Source: Stegostoma tigrinum
Lineage: Eukaryota
Direction of reading: 5' to 3'
Length of the DNA: 64,000 nt
Assembly (NCBI RefSeq): GCF_030684315.1
Contig: NC_081358.1
Span: 20,774,810 to 20,838,809 of the forward strand
Below, piece after piece: positions 34,911-48,400 of this stretch. Under the pieces are notes generated by a model. The model had not been told where the DNA came from and searched no databases. It was given only the letters and a program-made list of their open reading frames with translations. Position numbers and translations under genes: made by a program. Each line of letters starts with the position of its first letter. Within the stretch, counting starts at the first letter, position 1.

Positions 34911-37900
34911 GATCTGCCACTGATGCTGTTGAGCTCAAGAGGTAAGTAAAGAAACAGTGCTACCTCCAAGTTCCCTTCTGACTCTCACAGCATCCTGACC
35001 TGGAATTGTTTTTTATTGAATTCATCACTCCTTCCTTATCACTGAGTCGAAATACTGAAACCCTCAACCAGCACTGTGTGAATATCTTCATTGAACTGAT
35101 TGCAGCAATTCAAGAAACCAGCTGACCATCACCTAATCAAGAGTAACTAGTGAGTGGAATAAATGCTGCTGTTGCCAGTGATATCTAGATTCCATAAATG
35201 AATAATATATTTTGTAAATGAATAATTTATGTAAAGTTGAAAGCATTTCAAACACAGAAAATTTCAAGCAGGCTAAACTTTAAACTGTGGAAGAATCTTA
35301 GAGCAGTAGGTTGTTTTGCATTCAATATTTCTCCTTCATATAACACCAAGAGCAAAGTTATGAATGATAAGAGTTTCATTAATACTATAGCTAGTAAAGA
35401 ATCGGGAAGACATTTGCATTAGTCCTGAAATTATACTTGTTTTTCAAAACTTTCATGCCATAAAACGTTGGCCAGGAAGGTGGTAGTATTCAAAAGAAAA
35501 TGTCACCTGCAGCCAATTATATGGCAGAATCCAAAAAAAATTACGAATAGTCAGAGACAGTGAATGTTCTTTGAAATGAAAATATTTTGAAAAGAAATGG
35601 CTTTTCATCCAATGGATGTGGGTTTTCTTCTTGTGGCATTGCTGAGATTCCATATGGGAGAAATGCAGTTGCACCAAAGAAAAGTGATGCATAGTGGTAG
35701 ATCAGCAATTCTCTGTCAAGCACGGTCTCAATTCTGCTCAAGCAATTACAGGGATTGCAAAATGTGGACTGTACTTCCTTCTGCAGAGACCAAGATACTC
35801 CGAAGTGATGTGCAAGGCATTTTTTCAGATCTACCATGTCTCTCATCAATTTCATAGTTTGAACACTGGATACAAATGCAAACAGTTAATTGTCATATCC
35901 GGAGTTCAGAGATAGTTAGTGGCAGTTTCAATAAAAATAAAGAGAGGCCTTTGCAATTGCTTTCAGAGCACTGCTATACATAGGCCCTAACAAACAAAAA
36001 GTTATGTCTAGGTTTTTTTTCCCAAAAAGGTTTCCCAGGAAATGACCTCTTTGCTTCTCTATCTTACTTGGGGGCTGTTACACTTCATTTCCACCCCCAA
36101 ATTGACAAAACTCAACAGCCAAAAGACCAGACAGCTTTCTTCCCAAAGAGTACCGATCCCAGGGACAAAAGTGTGAATGGGACCAGAAAGATACCACTAG
36201 GACAGCAGGGGTGTCATCAGGTTGCAGTTTAGGAATGTAAAAACATCTTACATGTATTTATTATTCAATTCTATTTGATAGTGCCAATAACAGTGTATGT
36301 CATTGGACTGTACCACAAAATAATCAGCAAGCAACCAAGATACTTACAGTGGACAGAAAGGCAAGGATCAAAGCCCTGAGATGTGCATATCATTCCCCAG
36401 TTGCAGTACCTGACATTAGAATTGCCCATCTGACCTATTTTGCTTGTCACTTAACACATCAATATGTTTAGACTGCAAATGAAATTGTGAACTGAGCCTC
36501 TATATTGAATGTCACTACTAATTTCCTAGTGTTGATGGCCCTAATGGCTGGTCTGTGTCTGGATTTTAAAGCTCTGACTATGTGCTTCTCCACAAAAAAA
36601 GCATTATTCACAAAGACAGGGCCTGCTTGTGGACGTGTACTGAGATTTCAGACTCACCAATCAATATAATGTCTTGGCTCTAGTCCTCCAATATTCAATT
36701 CTGTTTTTCACAATATCCTAATCTTATCCATATACTCTTATAAACTTAAAAACAGATACATATGCACACAAACATTTTCCTGGTTCATTAACAATTTACA
36801 TCCATTTAAAGTGTTCTTTTAATACCAATAAAGCATCAATTTTTAAAACAATTAGTATAAATTAGTAGTTCCCTCCAACTACCTCAACAACTTGCCTTTG
36901 CCTCAAAATTGAAGCCACAATACCCACTACACGTGTTTCCTACATCATTCATCCTGAGTTCTGACAGAGTTTCATGGTCACCACAGGCTGTCTGAATGCA
37001 GCACAGCTCATAGCTTCGTAAAATTATTACTGTGCAAAAGGGGCCATTCAGGCCATACTGTCACCACTGTCTTGATGAATTATCATATCAATTAGTGCCA
37101 TATTCCTGTCTTCTCCCTGTAACCCTACATTGTTATTTGAAGAGAAAACTATCTAATACTCTTTGGAATGCTTCAAATGAACCTGCCTCCTCCATATTCT
37201 CAAGCAGTTCCTCAAATTTCAAAGTTATTCTATGAAATTATATTGAGTTATAATTATAATACATCTACCAGACATGGGCAACTGTTAAGTTATGTACAAT
37301 ACAGTCTTTACTTTTCTATTTATTCTATAAAGTAATGCTTAGATTTTTAACCCCATTTCTGATACTAATTTGTACCTAGGTTTTTTGTACCTAGGTACCT
37401 TGTTACTTTATGTGGCCACATCATACACTTTTCACTGTACTCCTGTATTTCTATATTTAAAATTTAAATTTCAATCTCTCATGGCACTAATTAGTAAAGG
37501 CTCCATTTAAAAATAGTAAGACAAATTGAGATAAACTCTCTCAGGGAAAATTTCAAAACAAGTGCTGTTCTATTTATTGGAATCTTGGAAGCTTCCCGCG
37601 ATGGTTCATCCATAAATTGTAATGGGATGGAAAATAGTGCAGACACAAATGCTTCTTTGTGAACAAAATAAAAGAACTTCATCAATAGTGCTACTAGCAT
37701 CCTTGGAAGCGCAAGTGTATTTTGTGAAGGAAAGAAAAGTAGCAAAAATATGTTACTAAACCTTAATTATGTTGCAATGGAAAGCATCTATCCTCCCCTC
37801 AGTATTTTCCAGTAGGAACAAAGCAAACTGCACAACACCCTTTCATTTCATCCTCTCAGCCATCACGTAAATATGTCCATTTGTTTAACAGTGTTGTGAG

Positions 37901-38422
37901 GGAGCACTGTCCTTCAATCCAAACGGGCAAGGGAATGATTTGCTTTACATTTGACCAAACTAATCTTATGAATGAGCAAAGCTCTTCTTTATTCTAAAGA
38001 ATATTGATCATTCAATTTCGTGGTCCATGACAAAAAAACCTCAGAAAGTACAGGGAAGATTGGTAATATATCAAAATCATTGTAAAGAAATGCAGCGTTC
38101 CACATGGAAACAAACAAAATCTAAAAAAAATTGTGGAATGAAGCTGTCATTGTCAAGGATAACATATATTGCCATCTCCAATTATCCTTGTGAAATGGTG
38201 ATGAGCTGCCATCTTGAAAATTAAGTGGCTTTTTAGGCCATTTCAGAAGGCAGTTACGAGTCAACAAGGCTTGCATCAAAGCTCAGTAAGGATAGCAGAT
38301 GGCCTTCCTTACAAAGACAATCCATGATCACAATCGCTGGCGCCACTTTTTTTTAGTCTAGATTTGTGAGCTTAACTGAATTTCCCAGTTGCTGATGAGA
38401 TCTTAACTCATATCTCTGTAAG

Positions 38423-38730
38423 GTGGAGACAATGGCCTAGTGGCATTATCGCATGACTATTAATCCAGTAAACCCAAGTAATGTTCTGGGGACACCAGTT
38501 CAAATCCTGCCATGGCAGAAATTGAATTCAATAAATATCTGGAATTAACCATCTACTGGTGACCATGAATTGATTGTCAAGGGGGTAAAAAAAACCATCT
38601 GGTTCACTAATGTCATGTGACTCCAGACCCACAGCAATGTGGTTGACTGTCAAGTGCCTTCTGGTCAGTTAGGGATGGGAAATAAATGGTGGTCTAGCCA
38701 GCAGTGCTCTCATTGTGGGAATAATTTTCT
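38423..38730 (+). mobile_element. tRNA-derived SINE with AGGGATGGG.AATAAAT tail (related copy at ~42830-43120)
   Basis: TGGCCTAGTGG A box and GTTCAAATCC B box. The tail is shared with the adjacent LINE. Confidence 0.7.
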
Positions 38731-38764
38731 TTAAAAATCCTAACTAACCAGTGGATTACCAAGA

Positions 38765-39525
38765 TAGGCAAGGTGACACAAGTGCCAGACAATTACCATC
38801 TTCATCAAGAGAGAATTTAACAATCACTCCCTGACATTCAACAGCATTACCATCATTGAATGCTCCCACTATCAATATCCTGGCTGGTGTGGAGTGGGAG
38901 AAGTCACCATTGACCAGAAACTGAACTGGGCTCACTACATAAATACTGTAACTAAAAGAGCAGACAGAGGCTAGAAATCATGCAGCGAGTAACTCACCAT
39001 ATGACTCATCAAAGTCTGTTCTCTACCTACAAAACATAAGTCAGGAGTCTGATGGAATACTCTCCACTTGCCTGGATCGGTGCATCTCCAAAAACTTTCA
39101 AGGCACTTGATGCCATCTAGGACAAAGCAGTCCACTTCATTGTCACCACATTTACACCCTCCACCACAGATGCTCAATAGTAGTGGTGTATATCATCTAC
39201 AAGATGTAGTGTAAAAATTAACCAAAGCTCCATAACAGCACCTTCCAAACCCACAGCCACTACCAGTTAGAAGGACAAAGGCAGCAGATACACACTGCCA
39301 CCTGCAAGTTTCCCTCTAAGCTGCACAATATCCTGACTTGGAAATGCACGAATGTTCTTCAGTGCTACTGGTTCAAATTCCTGGAGCTCTCAGCTTAACA
39401 ATGTTGTGAATCTGTAAATGGACTGCAGTGGTTCAAGAAGACAGCTCCCTACTACTTTCTCAAGGGCATCTAGGGATGGGCAGGTAATGCAGGCCCAGTG
39501 ATACTCATAATACATGAATGAATTG
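38765..39525 (+). mobile_element. Old CR1-group LINE 3' fragment
   Basis: Decayed VTIDQKLNWAHYINTV and YKT.VRSLMEYSPLAW motifs. Related fragments at ~11450-12530 (-), ~55630-57490 and ~61460-61860 (+). Confidence 0.75.
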
Positions 39526-42207
39526 ACAGATCAAAAATGAGAGGGCACAGATTTAGTGATTCCAAAGGAAGTAAGTGCAGAGTGAGGAAAAGCTTTACCA
39601 CATGGCTTGTGTCTGGAGCATGCTGCCTGGAAATGTGGTGTAAGAATTTCAACCGATGCATTCAAAAGAGTGTTGAATGATTTTTGAAATAGAAACAATG
39701 TGCAAGGGTATAGAAAAAAGGCAGAATGGCACTACGTTCCAATGCTCATTTGGAAAGCTGGTGCAGAAATGAAGAACTGAATGGTCTTCTTCTGCATCAT
39801 AACATCTGTGCCTGTCGTATGGTTATACTTGAGAGGTAAAATTGCATGGAGTATTTGCCACTCACAGTCTACCACTGGGAAGATCCCTAAATTCATCAGA
39901 CAGGTTATGACTTCAGCAGCCTCAGGCTGATGCCGGATGCATACTGTAAAATACTAGTCAGTGTCAGAACAGCAGGTTCAGTAGGTTATTTAATTGGTTG
40001 AAATGACAATCTGTCACTTGCAGATGAGTAGTATCACCAGGACCCCTCAACCCCTGCAGTATCCAAAGAAGCATTTCCAAAATGACTTTGTTACTGAATA
40101 TCCGCACAATTGATGCAATAGTTGGTAATACAAAATTGCCAGCCCACCCAGCTCGGTTTCAGTTCTTCAGCCAAAAGAAAATTTAGCCCATTACTTCCCT
40201 GTTTCTCTCCCACCTGCTGAACATTTCCAGCATTTTCTGATTTTTATTTTAGTATTTGCAGTATTTCTGTAAACATTTTTACAAACTGATACTAGCTTAA
40301 TCTCATTATTTAATGTAAAAAATAGAAATCTTAAAAGACACACCGAGCAGAAACAAGTTTATTCTAAAAAAAAGTAAAATGACAGAAATGCATTCTATGG
40401 CTGTTTGATTTTATGTATTACATGCACAAATTGCTCACCTAAAGTCAAACTGCAGCTGCACAACCAAAATTCATCCAATTCTCAGTACATTTGAGATTCA
40501 TTGGACTTTGCTGACTATAAGGAATCAATGTACCTTTGAAACATCAAGAATGGTGAAGTGAATTAGGCAAAAGCATCATAACTGCTTATATATTTGTCTC
40601 TAAACTGGCAATTATATTTACAAACTCAATAAAAATAGAATTTAAAGACTTTGAATAATTAGGAAAAGTATTTTCTAATTAATTTTATTCATTATGTCCA
40701 GATGCCATTATGTATTATTGTGTTTCTAAAAATTGTCATAGCAAGTGTTTAATTGGGAATCTGAATACCATCTGCCATTTTAAACCTATTCTGTGCTTAA
40801 ATCTGCTGCATATGCTGGCAACTGTAGTCTGAATGTGTTCCTTTGAGATGCTAATGGCATAACTTTCTGAATGCCTCAGTGTATAATACACAGATATAAC
40901 CCTGTGCAATAAACCAGATTTTAAGAGTTACTGTTAAAGATCAAAGGGCCTTCTGTGTTTACTTTAGAAAAGGCTTACATTCCAGTCATCCTGTTGTCAA
41001 GCACTAACAGGAAAGCAAAATCTTTTTTTCAGTCAGATATTGTTTACCTGATTTAACCGTTCAAGATTTTAGATTTTAGCTATTAATTATCTCAGAAAGA
41101 ACATCAAACACAACAAGGTTAGAACATCAAAAGCAACAAGAACACATAAGAATATATTTATAAGGTCCTGCATAGCTCAGATCTCAGAACAGGGACAACA
41201 GCAAAATCTCTGAATTTATTACAAATGTATGCCAAAAATGATTCAGAACTGTACATAGTCTGCCATTTTTTAAAAAAGCACTTTACCACTTCAGTGCTGT
41301 TTTAAGCAAGTTCAGTTGGAGTTAAAATAGATATGAAGAGACAAATGATAAAAGTGAGAAAAGACTGTGACATGTTGCCAAATCCCTATTTTAAATGAAT
41401 CCAACAATTCTATGTGGCAAACTTAATTTTCCTATCCAGTGCAAATTTGAACAGGTTATCATTGAAAAAGGCGATGAAATTAAGCAGTGAGGTTTAGTGC
41501 CATCTGTCCTGCTTGATGTAAATTTGAAATGAGTCTTCCAATGAATTTTCCTTCTCTAACTCAGTTACAACAGGATGTCAGTTTGACTCAGGGTAATTCT
41601 CTTGTATTTGAGTCAGAAGAATATGGATTAAAGCGACACACAAGGTCCTGTGTATGCAACCTAGTCTGACATTTCAGTTGAGCCCAGAAGGAATGCTACA
41701 ACGCTGAAGGTGCCGTCTTTCACAAGAGATACTAACCAAACCCACAATCTTTACTATCAAGCAGGCCAACAGCAACAAGATTATGCAAATACTGCTGGTT
41801 TTGAGGTCCCCTCCAAGACATACAACATTCTGACTTGCTTGGACATTTACTACCGTTTGTTCGCATACTGATTTTAAAATCTGGAATTTCCTACATAATA
41901 AATTGTGGGAACATTATCAGTATGCACAATGCCACAGTTCAGAAAAAAATAGGCCCAGTGCCACTTTAGGACAACTATGGATGGAAAGAAAGCATGCCTT
42001 TGCCAGCATCGTTCAATTTCCATACAAATAATAACAAATTCCACATTTCTGTTTTTAAAACTCTGACTTTTATTTTTGTGTTTCTGTCTTTTTTGGATGC
42101 TGCTTGAGGGATGAGTATATTTTCAAGCTCATATTGACAGGTCTTGTGAACTCAGTTCTGGAATAGGGAGATTGAAAGGCCGCGCAAAACAAAAAGAAAT
42201 AATTAAT

Positions 42208-42324
42208 CAGCATCTTAGGAGCACAGCTTTCGCACTCCTAAGATGCTGCTTGGCCTGCTGTGATCATCCAGCTCCACACTTTGTTATCTCAGATTCTCCA
42301 GAATCTGCGGTTCCCATTATCTCT
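42208..42324 (+). mobile_element. Fold-back mini-insertion of the Neptune tail
   Basis: 17-nt inverted arm CAGCATCTTAGGAGCAC, then the sense tail starting AGCTTT at 42225. TSD GAAATAATTAATCA at 42196-42209 and 42325-42338. Confidence 0.9.
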
Positions 42325-43612
42325 GAAATAATTAATCAATTTACACATGGGCTCCAGCAGTAAAATAAACTGGAATTAGAGAAAACATTTTTTTCCCTCA
42401 AAGAAGGTTGAAACATTTGCAACCATCATTTACCAGAAGTGGATGATCCATGTCAGTTTCTTCCTGCTGTCCTGTATATCACAGATGCCAGTCTTCAACA
42501 AATTTAATTCATTCCAGCTGATGTCAAGAAACACTGCTGATAGCAAAGCAAATGGACCTTGACAACATACCAACTGCAGTACTGAAGTACTTGTGCTTCA
42601 GACTTAACAGTGTGCCTAGCAAAGCAGTTCCAGTGCAGCTAAACTGTCATTAGCCCGACAATACGTAAAACTATCCAGCTCCATAACAGCAGGATAAATC
42701 TAATCTAACCAATTTTCAGTTAACTCTTGAGTATCAGCCAACGTATGGGAGGTGTCATCAATCAAGTAACACGTACACAGTTAATACCGGCTTACTGATT
42801 GCTTAGTTTAGGTTCCATTAGAAGATGAAGGTGGTGACATAGTGATAATGCAACTGGACACCAGAATAATATTCTGGAGGCATGGGTTCAAAGACTACCA
42901 CAGCAGATGGTAAAATTTGAATTCAATAAATACATAGAATGAAAAACTAACATATTGGCCACCAAATATCCTTTAGGGAAGGAAGTCTGCCATCCTAACT
43001 GGTATCTGGGCTACATCTGTCTCCAGACCACTGCGAATTGGTTAAATCTTACCTAGCCTCTAGACAATTAGGGATGGGCAATAAATATTGACATAGCTGT
43101 TGAAACCCACAACCCCTGAAAGAGTATGACTGCTGTTGACATCAAGACAGCATTTGACTATCGTAGCAAAACAGAATTCAATGAGAATCAATGGAAAATC
43201 TCTCCACTGGTTGGAGCTAGACCTCACACAAATGAAAAGAGGATTGTGGTTGATAGAAGCCAGGCATCTCAGGCCTCGGAGTCACTGCAAGAATTCTATT
43301 GTGTAGATATTTTCCAATTAATCAGTTCAGAGATATTAGTACACACCTCTGGGGCAGGTGGGCTTTGGACTGAGGCCACCTGCTCCAGAGGTTAGGGACA
43401 CTACTACTGCACCACAAGCACTCTGAAGTTCCTCCTTGTGGCGTCTTCAGCTGCTTCATCTGCAATCTTCCCTGCACTGTAAGGACAAAGGTAGATATGT
43501 TCAGCTTATTAAGTGGCAAGAAACAATTTATGCCAGGCAAATACTTGGCAGTAACAATCACCAACAAGACAGAATGTAACCATCTGCTCTTGACACTCAG
43601 TAGTGTAACCAT

Positions 43613-43780
43613 AACAAAACCAGAAATTGCTGGTGAAATTCAGCAGGTCTGGTAGCACTTGTGGGAAGAAAGCAAAATTAACATTTCAAGTCCTACTGAT
43701 GCTGCCAGAGCTGCCGGGTTTTGCCAGCTATTTCTGCTTTTGTTTCAGATCTCCAGCATCTTTAGTTCTTTGTTTTAATC
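43613..43780. mobile_element. Inverted pair of older-family PLE tails
   Basis: AACAAAACCAGAAATTGCTGG...CAGCAGGTCTGGTAGCA is mirrored by TGCTGCCAGAGCTGCCG...CCAGCTATTTCTGCTTTTGTT. Confidence 0.75.
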
Positions 43781-44859
43781 TAGTGGTGATAGCATCACTG
43801 AATTTCCCTTTGTTAACATCCTAGCGGTAAGTATTGTTCAGAAACACTGTCAGCACTAAGATGCACTGCAGAAATGTGTCAGCCCTTTTTCAAGAGCATC
43901 TTCCAAACCAGAAACCTCAAACACCTAGAAGGATAAAGGAATCAGGCACACATGAACACCATCACAGTTATGAGTTGAACCTACATTACTGTTACTCATT
44001 GTACACCCACACCAAGATGGACCACAAGAGTTTAAGAAGTAAGCTCACTTTCACTTTCAGAAGGGAAATTAGGGTTAGGCAACAAATGCTTCCCTTGCTG
44101 GCAATATGTGCATCCTATGAAAGAACAAAAAAAACAAAAAGTAAATACAAATTGTAAGCTAAAGCCTTTAATGAACGACCTTGTATGTAATGAGATGTTC
44201 AACAATTGCTTCCAAACGATTCTTTTTATTATGCCAACAGCATCTGAAGCTTTTTTGACAGATATTACCATTTGAGCCACAGTACAAAAACAATTAAGAA
44301 CACAAACTTTTCTCAGGTAATGATTTCCACTGGGAAGTTCAAATGACAGTGAAAGTAAAAGTGCAAACTGATGACATAGCTGGAATAAACAGATCAGTGA
44401 AGAACTTAATGCGTTTGGCTGTCATTTAGTTTGCTGATTATGGTTTTTTTAATGCAATGAGAAGATAATGATCATATTCCCCTGCACAGCGTGATGACTA
44501 AGCACACACACAAAAGTCCTGCAGTGGCAGTTGTACTTCAGGATTTTGCAATGATAAAATGCATAAGTGGGTAAGAAGACAACCTATAAAAGATGAATAG
44601 TTAAAAGGATGGTTTTAATTCAGTGATAAAAGTAGGTAAGGTAGGGCATGAGATTCTAACATTTGTTCCTACGTTTTCCAAGAATATTGCCATGTACCAG
44701 CTCAGGAGCACAGTTGGCTGCATGAAGTTCCTTTCCAGCTAGGGGGTAAATTTTCAATCATGTTTTTGCCTTGCCTTTGTGAAGCGTGTTGGACACAGAT
44801 CTGGCTGGTTGTCCGTTAGTATTCACTCAGAAAATTATTTTAAAAACTATTAAATCAGA

Positions 44860-45430
44860 ATTGGTGCGAGTGCTTTTCCTCAGCTCGGCTGGCCAGCGGT
44901 GCACTTTCCTTTTCAGGTGATGAAGAACGAGGTTTTAGATGATTAGTGAGGAAGCGAGATTTTTATTGTTGGAACAGCAAGAGTTTAAATGGCAGTTACT
45001 CCCTCAGAAGCTGCAGCGACCGTATCCTAGCAACGGCGAAGGCGGGGAGCTTCTCATCAGATGAGCAGCCACAAGGAGATAAACAGCCACTAAACATAAT
45101 CGGGCACTTTTTCGGATTGCGTGTGGGTATTTTTTTTTGGGGGGGGGGGTGTTTCCAGGACATCCAGAGAAGGGGGGGGGGGGGAGATGGTAAAAATGTG
45201 AAACTTACCCAGATGATAAACCGGCTGGGAGAAGATGGGGAGCGGCCTACAGGGTTTCTACGGGTGCTGCCTCGCCTCCCCCCGGGCCAACGGAAAAGCC
45301 GAGAGCGGCCGGGAAGACCGGACCTTATCCCTGATAAGATCTGATCGAGGGGACAGGTCTCCCGGGCTGAGCCGAGCCCTCAGACTCTGGTAAGTGAAGC
45401 CCCCCGTCCGTCTCCTGCCGGCCTCCATTT
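44860..45430 (+). promoter_or_regulatory. CpG island / promoter and probable first exon ending at 45389
   Basis: The only CpG-dense non-repeat segment in the window. Strong donor CTG|GTAAGT at 45389/45390, paired GATA sites near 45324-45340 and a YY1-like CCATTTT at ~45425. Flanks are TE-free. Confidence 0.7.
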
Positions 45431-48400
45431 TGGAGTGAGTGAGTTGAGCTGTCAGCAGCAGCCTCTTCTAAATGTTCTCTTTTGTTTTAAAATTAAAATA
45501 AGCCTCTTCCAAAGTTAATCAATCCACTATTTCTGGACGTGACATTTTTTAGAAGAATGCAATGATGTTATTTTCCGAGACCTCGGTGAGTACTAGATCT
45601 ATTTTCATCACGTTTACCCTTTTTTAAATAAAAATGAAAAAAGACTTGGTAGGTGCAATGCCATTAATTCCATGTCTGAAAAGTGTCAAGTGGGCATTTA
45701 CAGTTTTTTTTTGTTTTCTAGGAAACTTTGTAGTCGTAACTTCAACAAACCTTTTTCCGATTGCCATCAATCCACATTAAAATTATTGTTTCCGTATGCT
45801 TTAAAACAGAAGACGTAAAAGCAAGTCAACAAATGAGAAATGTGACATAGACATCTGTTAAATCCCAGTAGGGCACTCAAATAAAAACATAAACAAACCT
45901 TAACCTAAAACTTGACAAAGAGTTTTTTGGGAGGAAATAAATCTATCAATTAGCAGTTTGTATCCGATGTATGATTCTTGCAGAATTGCTTGACAAATTG
46001 GAATAGAGCTGGATTTGATCTCTTGATACACTGATTTCTGACTTGGTTGGTATATCTTCAGAAGGCTTAGCAATGTTTATTTTAAAACACACAATTATTT
46101 GTTTTCTGTTTATTATCATCTTTACTCAGCATTCACTTGAAAATTGACATTCTCCATATAAATGTTCACCAATTCTTTCTTTGCAAAGTCACAGGCTTTC
46201 TTTTCATTCATGGAGAATGATATTGTCAGCGTGGTTTAATTATAAAGATATTGCATATATATTCTAATTAATCAACCGTGATTTGGTATTAGCATTTGTT
46301 CTTTTTCCTCCATTATCTAAACACAAACATCTTTGGCTTTTGGGGACAAAAAGCAATCTTGCCTGTAAATATGCAACTTCCTGCTGAGTACGCTGTGTGA
46401 AATATACCATTTCTAATTGCATAATCTTTGTATGTGTTTGTCTGAGGATCCATAAGTCTAATGTGTACATGTCTGCATAACTTAGTTGTATGTATAAAAT
46501 GCATCACTTGGAAACACATGGTGTTTTCCACAGAATGGTAATTAGTTGTGGTTATGTGTACTATTTAAAACTCTTGTAACCACTGCTTCTCAGCTTTAGG
46601 CAAACAAGGGATAAAGTTTATAAATTCATTGTAAATTGACTGCTATATGTTTATTGACGGCACACAGATATGTACATCACAGAGCCAGATAGAAAGATTC
46701 TAAATTGAGCATGAAGGAAGGGCAATTACTGAAGCAACTTTGCTGCATCTTAGTGGTAAAAAATGTTTTACTAATAATTTCCTGTGATTCAGTCTTAAAA
46801 AGGCTTTTACATGCAGATCTGTATTTGTGTTTTTAATTGATACAGCTGCTAAGGACCAGAGGCAAGAAAATAAAAGGATTTAAAAGTGGCAAAATAGAAA
46901 TAGCAAGTGATACTAACACCAGTCCATTTGTTGGTTGTGTATCGACTCGGATTACTCTTCCTTACCTTACTTTTCCATCTTGTGTGCCATCCTTAGAAAT
47001 TATCATCAAAGCAGCTGCAGCTCCCTCTAAATTTAAGTTTACCCCATATTAACATAGTTTTCACATAGACATAAGCCAGCCTGGAACTTACTTTCCATTA
47101 CATTTTCTGAAGTTTTTAAACACTGTTGATATTTATTTTACAATTTTTGTAGATCCTGTAATCCACACAGACTGGAGGGGCTTAGGTAGCTGTAATATCA
47201 ATGACATGAGTGAACAAAGGGAGATTCTGCAGTTTCAGCCCTAGAACAATGCGTGGTAATTGTTTTGCTAGTCTGCATTTCGTGTAAATTGTTTTATAGT
47301 TAATGAAAATGTAAGCAAACTAGTCATAGAATTGCAAATGTAGAAACATTTTGAGTGTCATACATGTTCGCAAATACCTGATTTAGGATTAATAGAGACA
47401 AATTGCATTTAATCAATCGGATTTTATTTTTAATATTTTTACTTTAAAGTGTGCCAAGTTATTGCTCTAAATTGTAGTAAACTATTTTTCTTGAAATGGC
47501 AATTTGTATATTGCATATATACAGTAACTTTTATCCCTTTGATTTTTGTAAACCTTTGTCAACTGGAGGTAACAAATCCAGAATTTATGGAGCATGAATT
47601 AACTCACTGACATTCATTGTCATCTTGTATCTGTGACATCACACATTGACTATTTTCCTTCTTAAAAGCTTTTGACTATTTTCCTTCTTAAAAGCTCCTG
47701 CTATTTCAATTAATTTGTGGTATAACTAGAACATTAAAAATTACTTATATGTGTGTTGCAAAATAATAGACCAGGCATGAGTTACAACTGCATCTATGTG
47801 TTAACGTGTGGTAAGCTTGGACCAACGTACAAACGTGCAATTCTGTCCTGCCTAAGATAAATCTGTTTGCTTCTGTACATGTGCAGTTCTGTGATTTTAG
47901 TACAAGATCAATGAGACTAAAACTGTTGCATCCATTCTGCTGGTTAATTGTGAATCCCAATGTTCATTCCTCCCATATGTTAATAAATTAACACAATTGT
48001 TGATAAAAATTGAGTTTTTGGTTATGATCATTTTGCTGGCATGTAAACCTATCAAAGCCTTTAACATATATGGCCTTCCGTATGGAAGATATTTATAGAT
48101 TAAGAATTAAGGAAAAATTACATGCTTATCATATTGATTTTTAAGGAATTACTAACATGCCAACAGAATAGTCCAACCAGGAAATTCTGCGTCGTGCTGG
48201 AGAAATTTAACAGTTAATGGACAGTGCAGTGATTTCTGGTAAAGTAAAAAGATTATCAGGTACTGTCTCAATTGGAAGAGAGCACTCTCAACCGTATGAG
48301 ATAATGATTTTTTTTCTTCCCCCCCCCCCCCCCCCCCAACCCCCGCCATGGCTTTTGTAATTGGATGAGGATCTGGTTCTTTTCTTTAATTGTGCTTATA

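Noticed and set aside
44946-45344. 132-aa ORF in the CpG island
   Set aside because: Non-ATG start, homopolymer-derived Gly runs and no recognisable domain.
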